From Fibrobacteria bacterium (lineage in GTDB: Bacteria; Fibrobacterota; Fibrobacteria; UBA11236; JADFYW01), in assembly GCA_050294405.1 (NCBI GenBank), contig JBNKOC010000032.1, forward strand, positions 61,677-93,676: DNA of 32,000 nucleotides, in the 5' to 3' direction. The notes under the pieces were generated by a model. The model was given only the letters and a program-made list of their open reading frames with translations, was not told where the DNA came from and did not search any database. Each line of letters starts with the position of its first letter. Position 1 is the stretch's first letter. Below, in pieces: positions 26,823 to 32,000 of the stretch. The position numbers and the translations under genes were made by a program.

Positions 26823-27143
26823 TTACTCTTTATTGCCTATCCTGCGCAAGATAAAAATCATAATAAAAAAACAAATGAAAACTAGTGTGATAATATTTTG
26901 TTTAACAGAAAAATAATCAAGCTCATAAATAAGATGAACAACCGCCGAAATGAGTGACAACGATAGGAAAGCCACAAATACCACATATCTTAGTCTTTTT
27001 TTTGAGACCGAAATTAAAAAAAAACACAAAGAAATAATCATAGCAGCATTAATTACGGAAAACATTACCCAAGGAACGAAATAAATAGCACTGATGAACA
27101 ATGCTGAGTACATTATAATCAAAAGGAAATCGAAAAGTTTCAT
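26823..27143 (-). CDS. Polytopic small membrane protein; candidate immunity protein for the upstream RHS toxin
   Basis: 106 aa with three to four predicted TM helices (FLLIIMYSALFISAIYFV, VMFSVINAAMIISLCFFLISV, VVFVAFLSLSLISAVVHLIY, IITLVFICFFIMIFIL). It starts 3 nt after the toxin stop on the same strand. Confidence 0.55.
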   Translation of the reverse strand: MKLFDFLLIIMYSALFISAIYFVPWVMFSVINAAMIISLCFFLISVSKKRLRYVVFVAFLSLSLISAVVHLIYELDYFSVKQNIITLVFICFFIMIFILRRIGNKE

Positions 27144-27146
27144 AGC

Positions 27147-28523
27147 TTACCTACGAGTTCCTTGTTCCCAATATCGTTCTTTTTCCTTAATCATTTTCAT
27201 AGACTCTGTTATATTTGTTACAATAGATGATGAAGTAAAATCTCTTGAAAAACCATATCTGAAATCATATATATGCAAAGCTTCGTTCATAAAATTGCCT
27301 TGCCACCGTTTCATAAAATCACCTGGATTGAGCATGTCATCGACTTTAATTTTAAATGACTGAAACCCAGGGTCATAATATTTATGACCCATCAAATGTT
27401 TATTAATGCCGCCACTGGCCAAATTTCCTGTAGCATTTATAGTATTAGCTAGGAACTGATATTTAAGTGCTGTATTCAAGTCATAGCCATGTTTTTGAGA
27501 ATCATATATATGTCCACCCGCTCTTAATGAAAAATCAATAGTATTATGCAATAGTGTTCTTGAAGCAAACGCAGAAAAAGAATTTGAAGCTATTGACCAT
27601 CCATGTTTTATTGCAGACATATCAATTCCGGTCGTAATTGCACCTGAGAATCCTGCGGCAACCACACCTCCCCAACGAATTTGGCTATTATCGCCACCAG
27701 ACATCGCGTATTGAAGTGACAATTCAACTGCAGCTGCAGTAGCAGCCTTCAATGCTATGACACCTATAACTGCCCATTGAATAGCTCTTCCGTCTGGATC
27801 TATAAAGTTAATTGGATTAGTGGCATATGAATAATAGCTAAAAAACTGTTTTTCCGGGTCAGTCGAAATCCACAACCCCACAACAGGGTCAAAATACCTA
27901 GCACCAAAATAATACAAACCCATGCCCTCGGTGAATCCTGTAACAACTCCATCCTCATCTAACTCCTTGCCTGTAAATTTTTCCCTGGTTGGATATCCTG
28001 ATTCCACAACCTTATTAATTTCCCCATGCAAAGCATATTTATTTGCATCTATCAATTGGTCTCCACTTATAGTACCCACAATAGAGCCTAAGTGATCTTT
28101 AATATAAAAATAATACCTGTCCGTTGCGTCAACTTCTATTCTACCTTCAACTTGAGAGTTACCAAAGGTCATATATTCCTTAAGTTCAGCATTTCCGAGG
28201 TCAAATTCCGAAATAAAACCGCCGTCGTAATAAATTGTCTTTTTAATAAGGGTTTCATTAGAAATGGTACCAAGGATATTGATAGCAAATCCATTAAGGC
28301 TCAACGCATCAGCATCAATTTCAGTGGGAGTAATATACCCATCCTGTGGCACTGAAACATGAATATCTAAATCTTCCGTTAGTGGCATTTCGGCAGTTAC
28401 GGCTTCTTCAATGGTTGAATACTGTCCATATGGACCTACATCTACATCTTTGGTAACAGATATGTTTACAAACACTAAAACAACAAATATAAACAAACTA
28501 TTTTTCATACTCAAAATCTGCAA
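27147..28523 (-). CDS. Short secreted RHS repeat-associated core protein with an unrecognised C-terminal toxin domain
   Basis: Signal peptide (NSLFIFVVLVFVNISVT). YD/RHS elements YYFYIKDHLGSIVG and REKFTGKELDEDG. RHS core end GLYYFGARYFDPVVGLWISTDPE...YSYATNPINFIDPDGR (nt 27786-27920). A 212-aa C-terminal domain with no motif I recognise follows (nt 27150-27785). Confidence 0.8.
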   Translation of the reverse strand: MQILSMKNSLFIFVVLVFVNISVTKDVDVGPYGQYSTIEEAVTAEMPLTEDLDIHVSVPQDGYITPTEIDADALSLNGFAINILGTISNETLIKKTIYYDGGFISEFDLGNAELKEYMTFGNSQVEGRIEVDATDRYYFYIKDHLGSIVGTISGDQLIDANKYALHGEINKVVESGYPTREKFTGKELDEDGVVTGFTEGMGLYYFGARYFDPVVGLWISTDPEKQFFSYYSYATNPINFIDPDGRAIQWAVIGVIALKAATAAAVELSLQYAMSGGDNSQIRWGGVVAAGFSGAITTGIDMSAIKHGWSIASNSFSAFASRTLLHNTIDFSLRAGGHIYDSQKHGYDLNTALKYQFLANTINATGNLASGGINKHLMGHKYYDPGFQSFKIKVDDMLNPGDFMKRWQGNFMNEALHIYDFRYGFSRDFTSSSIVTNITESMKMIKEKERYWEQGTRR

Positions 28524-28576
28524 TTAAGGTTTAACATATCCATATTAATTTTTTATTCATTTTTAATTTTGATTTA

Positions 28577-31500
28577 TTAAAATGATGGATATCCCCATAT
28601 CTTTACATTGATATTGGTATTTTGAACTGGGTTAATATTGAACCTATACCAAAAATATTCTTCACCAGTTTGGGCTCTCATATCAAATTTAAGAATGTAA
28701 GGACCCTCGGTAGTATAACATTTATCGCATGACACTTGGTTGAGATCGGATTGTTTAAAATCCCAATGGACAGTTCCCGTATATTTAGGAGGAAATCCAG
28801 AAGGACCAGTAAATATTCCATTTTGAATAGGGATAAATGCGAATCCAAATGACCCGTTAGTATTAATATTGATCCACTCCACATTCGGATGTGGATTACA
28901 CCCATTTGCTCCTCCATCAAGTGTAGTCTTTTCACCACCAGAGCCTCCTACATTTGAAAAACGTAAATGGGCAGCCTGCTCGCAATTAGTAGTAAAAGGG
29001 TAATCAAGATATACACCTGTGCTACTATGTATAAAAGGCACATCAGTGAAATTAAAATCAATTGAAATATTCGCTACGTGGTCCGAAATGGCCGCCATTA
29101 TAGCAGAAAAATCAAATTGGCAAACACTCTCGTCCATATCTGGTTCGCAATTGTAATCACCCGAACCAAGAAGCATCAATCTTCTTGAATGAACAACAAA
29201 ATATAGTTCTATATTTGTTCCGATAATTTCATATGGAATTAAGGTGTAACTAGTTCCATCCACATTATCTGCAACAACACACACTTCTTTAGTCGTATTG
29301 TTCACGGTAAAATGACCTGGATTGCTTGGAGTTAACAAATTAAAGTCTGTAAAAGGTTCACCGGCATAACTTGGCTCTATTGTTTCGCAATACGAATTAG
29401 TTCCATCCCAAACAAATTGTAAATCCGGAAATTCTATATGCATTTTTGTTCCCATCTCTACATATTGTTTTCCTAAAATTTTATTCCCTCTTTTATTATA
29501 ACTAGCTACCAACCTTCCAAACTCATCGAATTCATTTTTTGCAACATAGTTATTAACATCAACAGTTTCTGTCAAAAGGCCTAAATTCCTATCATAGATA
29601 TAATTTTCCATTTCGGCGTTCTTCGGGTAAGCACGTACTCCATCATAATAAATATTTCCATCTATAAAATTTCCTCCTTCAACTTTTGGAGGACGCAAAA
29701 CTACTCTGAATTGTTTTGTTATCCCAGAGGGGATGTTTGCCTCAAATCTATACTTATTCCATTCATTTGTGACGGTAAAATAATTCATTCCATACCAGGT
29801 GTTTCCAGCATCCATAGTTTGTAAATGAGCAAATGTTGTGGTACTCGGCGCATCTGATTTTGCCCAAAACTCAAAGACGAAAGTTTTGGAATTAGCCAAA
29901 TTAAAATTGTCTATGGGTGTAGGACTAGTAACAAAATAGGGATCTGCTGCAGTACCCCTATCAATTCTCAACGAAATTTTTCCTGAATGAAACTCGTTTG
30001 CAATGCAGTTTATGTCAGCATCAGGATTCGCTCCTGGAGGTACGGACCCATCTGCACAGTCCTCAAAACTGTTAAATAGGGCTTCTCCATATTGGCCATT
30101 AGAAATTGCTGCAATCTTGTAAATACCTTCATCATCATAAATATTAGACTGATAAGACCGGATAACATGACCATCCAAAAGCTGGCTGGCTTCCAATACA
30201 TTTCCAAAATTGTCATATCGAGTAATAGCACTCTGTAATTGCCAATTTGAATTAGTAGTAGCAATTGTTTGTAAATCACAATTTGAATTAGTAGGGTTTT
30301 GACAATAAACAAAAGGCGCAAAACTATTTATTGCCTTACCAGACTGATCCATATCACTTTTCCAATTAAAAATTGCCTCGGGTCTGTAAACACCATTGTT
30401 ATTAAAGGATTTCCAAGTCTGGGCGGAGGCGGATATAACTTTATCCGTAGAAAATGGCGAACTAACATTAATTTGACTGCTGTGAACAGTAATTGAAGAA
30501 GTCATGTTCTTAAAAACCACAGAAATGTCAAAAGGTTCCTGCCAACCTTCTTCTTTTATTAAATGCCGAATAGTAATCACATTAGGATTGTCCGTAGAAG
30601 AAAAAGCTTGGTTTTTTACAGGAATTTCCACACTAGAAAGAGTTGTATAATCAAAGGAGAGAAACAAGTTTCCAAATGTAACCCCACCCAATCCTGAATA
30701 ATTTATTGTAATTAAAATTTCATCGCTTTCTTCTAAATCTAGGGGAGATGAGGGATTTAGTTGGTATTCATCGATTGGAGTAGAAATTGTTTTAGAGGTC
30801 GAGTTAACAATAATAGCCGATTTATCGTCAGGATTTGAATATTCGTAGATGATAGTTCCTGAACTTTGATTCACCATATTTTTTTCTTCAGTAATGCTGG
30901 GATACGCCTCGGAAATTGTAACCTGCCTTGTTATTATTTCTTTCCCGTCACTATTTTGTACAACTGAATAATCAGGAACTCCATCGAAATCTGAATAACG
31001 TTGATTTTCAATTTCCTCAACTAAATACATACTGAGATCGAAACCTACGTTAAAGGCCTCCGCAGGTTTTTTTGTATGGGCTAACAAAAATTGGTCGCGC
31101 GAGGGCAGCCAGGCACCTCGGACTAACTGATAGCCATTATTCCAAAAATAACGAGCGTCAGAACCTTGATAGCTCGAGGGTAAGTAATTTTGAATTACAT
31201 CAGAATAGCCAGAGCTATAATTGAAATTTTTATAAACTACCTTTGAAACTTGTAGTTTATTTGAAGTTTGAATTAATACTAGATCATTTTCATTTCCATC
31301 ACCATCCATATCAATCAGCGAACCTGTTGACATGGGGAGTAAATTCAAATTACTCAAAAATATTGTATTGGCCGGGTTGAGTAAATAATTTGAAGAAACT
31401 GCAAGCGGAATATCTTCAAATAAAACACCCGTTTCGCTGGTTTTAAACTCTCTTGAGGACCGGAAGGCTGTGCCATAAATTAAAACATCAAGTGCATTTC

Positions 31501-32000
31501 CAGAACCAGAAATTTTTGAACTAATAACCGACCCCGCATTAAACAATCTATCTATTTTTCTTACGTGTGAATACACCTTCATTGGATCTTGGTCATAGAT
31601 AATTGTATAACCAGCGTAAGAGTCATACTCAGCATCCACATAGGCTTGTGCTTCTCCTGACCACGAAAAAATTATATCGGGAATAGCATTGTCATCCAAG
31701 TTCATCACTTTTATTTGAAGTGGTTGAAAATTGGTGATATCATTGTAATAATCAGGTGGCGGCATAACGCAATCTCCGCCGGTTGTATTGCTACAATCTC
31801 GATTAATTAGCTCATCTTTAAATAGTATGCTGTAAGGATGAAGAGTATTCCACTGAGAAACGACTCCAGGACTTGATGAGAAGTCAACATTTTCGGCAAC
31901 ATATATTCTCAAGCCATCATAATTTCCATATTCAGCACTATATTTCCTGTTTAAAACTTCTAAGTAAATTAAATCTGGTAAAGTAGGATCTCCGTCTAAA
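28577..32000 (-). CDS. Large FG-GAP/VCBS-like and YD-repeat protein, 5'-truncated by the window edge
   Basis: The frame stays open from the track's TTG at 31912 to the window end (...LDGDPTLPDLIYLEV...). Asp-rich Ca-binding-type loops (DMDGDGNENDLVLIQ). A CBM-like block (FHSGKISLRI...WNKYRF). YD repeats (YDNFGNVLEA; YIYDRNLGLLTE...EFDEFGRLVASYNKRGN). The last ~280 aa are unrecognised. There is no RHS core/PxxxxDPxGL motif in this ORF. Confidence 0.7.
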   Translation of the reverse strand, partial: LDGDPTLPDLIYLEVLNRKYSAEYGNYDGLRIYVAENVDFSSSPGVVSQWNTLHPYSILFKDELINRDCSNTTGGDCVMPPPDYYNDITNFQPLQIKVMNLDDNAIPDIIFSWSGEAQAYVDAEYDSYAGYTIIYDQDPMKVYSHVRKIDRLFNAGSVISSKISGSGNALDVLIYGTAFRSSREFKTSETGVLFEDIPLAVSSNYLLNPANTIFLSNLNLLPMSTGSLIDMDGDGNENDLVLIQTSNKLQVSKVVYKNFNYSSGYSDVIQNYLPSSYQGSDARYFWNNGYQLVRGAWLPSRDQFLLAHTKKPAEAFNVGFDLSMYLVEEIENQRYSDFDGVPDYSVVQNSDGKEIITRQVTISEAYPSITEEKNMVNQSSGTIIYEYSNPDDKSAIIVNSTSKTISTPIDEYQLNPSSPLDLEESDEILITINYSGLGGVTFGNLFLSFDYTTLSSVEIPVKNQAFSSTDNPNVITIRHLIKEEGWQEPFDISVVFKNMTSSITVHSSQINVSSPFSTDKVISASAQTWKSFNNNGVYRPEAIFNWKSDMDQSGKAINSFAPFVYCQNPTNSNCDLQTIATTNSNWQLQSAITRYDNFGNVLEASQLLDGHVIRSYQSNIYDDEGIYKIAAISNGQYGEALFNSFEDCADGSVPPGANPDADINCIANEFHSGKISLRIDRGTAADPYFVTSPTPIDNFNLANSKTFVFEFWAKSDAPSTTTFAHLQTMDAGNTWYGMNYFTVTNEWNKYRFEANIPSGITKQFRVVLRPPKVEGGNFIDGNIYYDGVRAYPKNAEMENYIYDRNLGLLTETVDVNNYVAKNEFDEFGRLVASYNKRGNKILGKQYVEMGTKMHIEFPDLQFVWDGTNSYCETIEPSYAGEPFTDFNLLTPSNPGHFTVNNTTKEVCVVADNVDGTSYTLIPYEIIGTNIELYFVVHSRRLMLLGSGDYNCEPDMDESVCQFDFSAIMAAISDHVANISIDFNFTDVPFIHSSTGVYLDYPFTTNCEQAAHLRFSNVGGSGGEKTTLDGGANGCNPHPNVEWININTNGSFGFAFIPIQNGIFTGPSGFPPKYTGTVHWDFKQSDLNQVSCDKCYTTEGPYILKFDMRAQTGEEYFWYRFNINPVQNTNINVKIWGYPSF

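Noticed and set aside
27094-27363. 89-aa plus-strand ORF across the toxin/immunity junction
   Set aside because: It is antisense to two tightly coupled minus-strand genes with clear features. AT-rich DNA readily yields such ORFs.

Overview
The window appears to come from an FCB-group-like bacterium, because two secreted proteins end in T9SS-type C-terminal sorting domains. It splits into two parts.

**Core chromosome (1 to about 22.2 kb).** One 60-nt line in gltB (6961-7020) counts 53% G+C. Genes in order:
- 3' end of an MBOAT acyltransferase and its SGNH/DltD-like partner
- a secreted PQQ-type sugar dehydrogenase and a lipoprotein
- gltB and gltD (glutamate synthase) and a YqgE/AlgH-family gene
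- a processive GT2 glycan synthase, a TrmH-family methyltransferase, a DEAD-box helicase and map
- a surface protein with cadherin-like domains and six repeats, and a small OMP-like protein
- a sigma-54 NtrC-type response regulator, obg and trpS

**Accessory region (about 22.2 kb to the right edge).** It is AT-rich; single 60-nt lines count 25-30% G+C. It contains:
1. A compact retron-type reverse transcriptase operon on the minus strand. In order it has a sigma70-like promoter overlapped by a perfect 9-bp-arm palindrome, a roughly 300-nt structured non-coding leader with imperfect terminal inverted repeats, an unannotated 46-aa transmembrane peptide with a strong SD, a 100-aa XRE HTH protein, and a translationally coupled 333-aa RT. 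None of the usual enzymatic retron effector domains is present. This is my best candidate for an under-described system.
2. A decayed tyrosine integrase next to a GC-rich orphan segment.
3. A 14-repeat LRR protein with a T9SS sorting domain.
4. A polymorphic-toxin locus: a large 5'-truncated FG-GAP/YD-repeat protein, a short signal-peptide-bearing RHS-core protein with an unrecognised C-terminal toxin domain, and a tightly coupled polytopic membrane immunity candidate.

No rRNA, tRNA or CRISPR array was seen. All calls rest on reading the translated motifs and the DNA by eye; no database search was possible.
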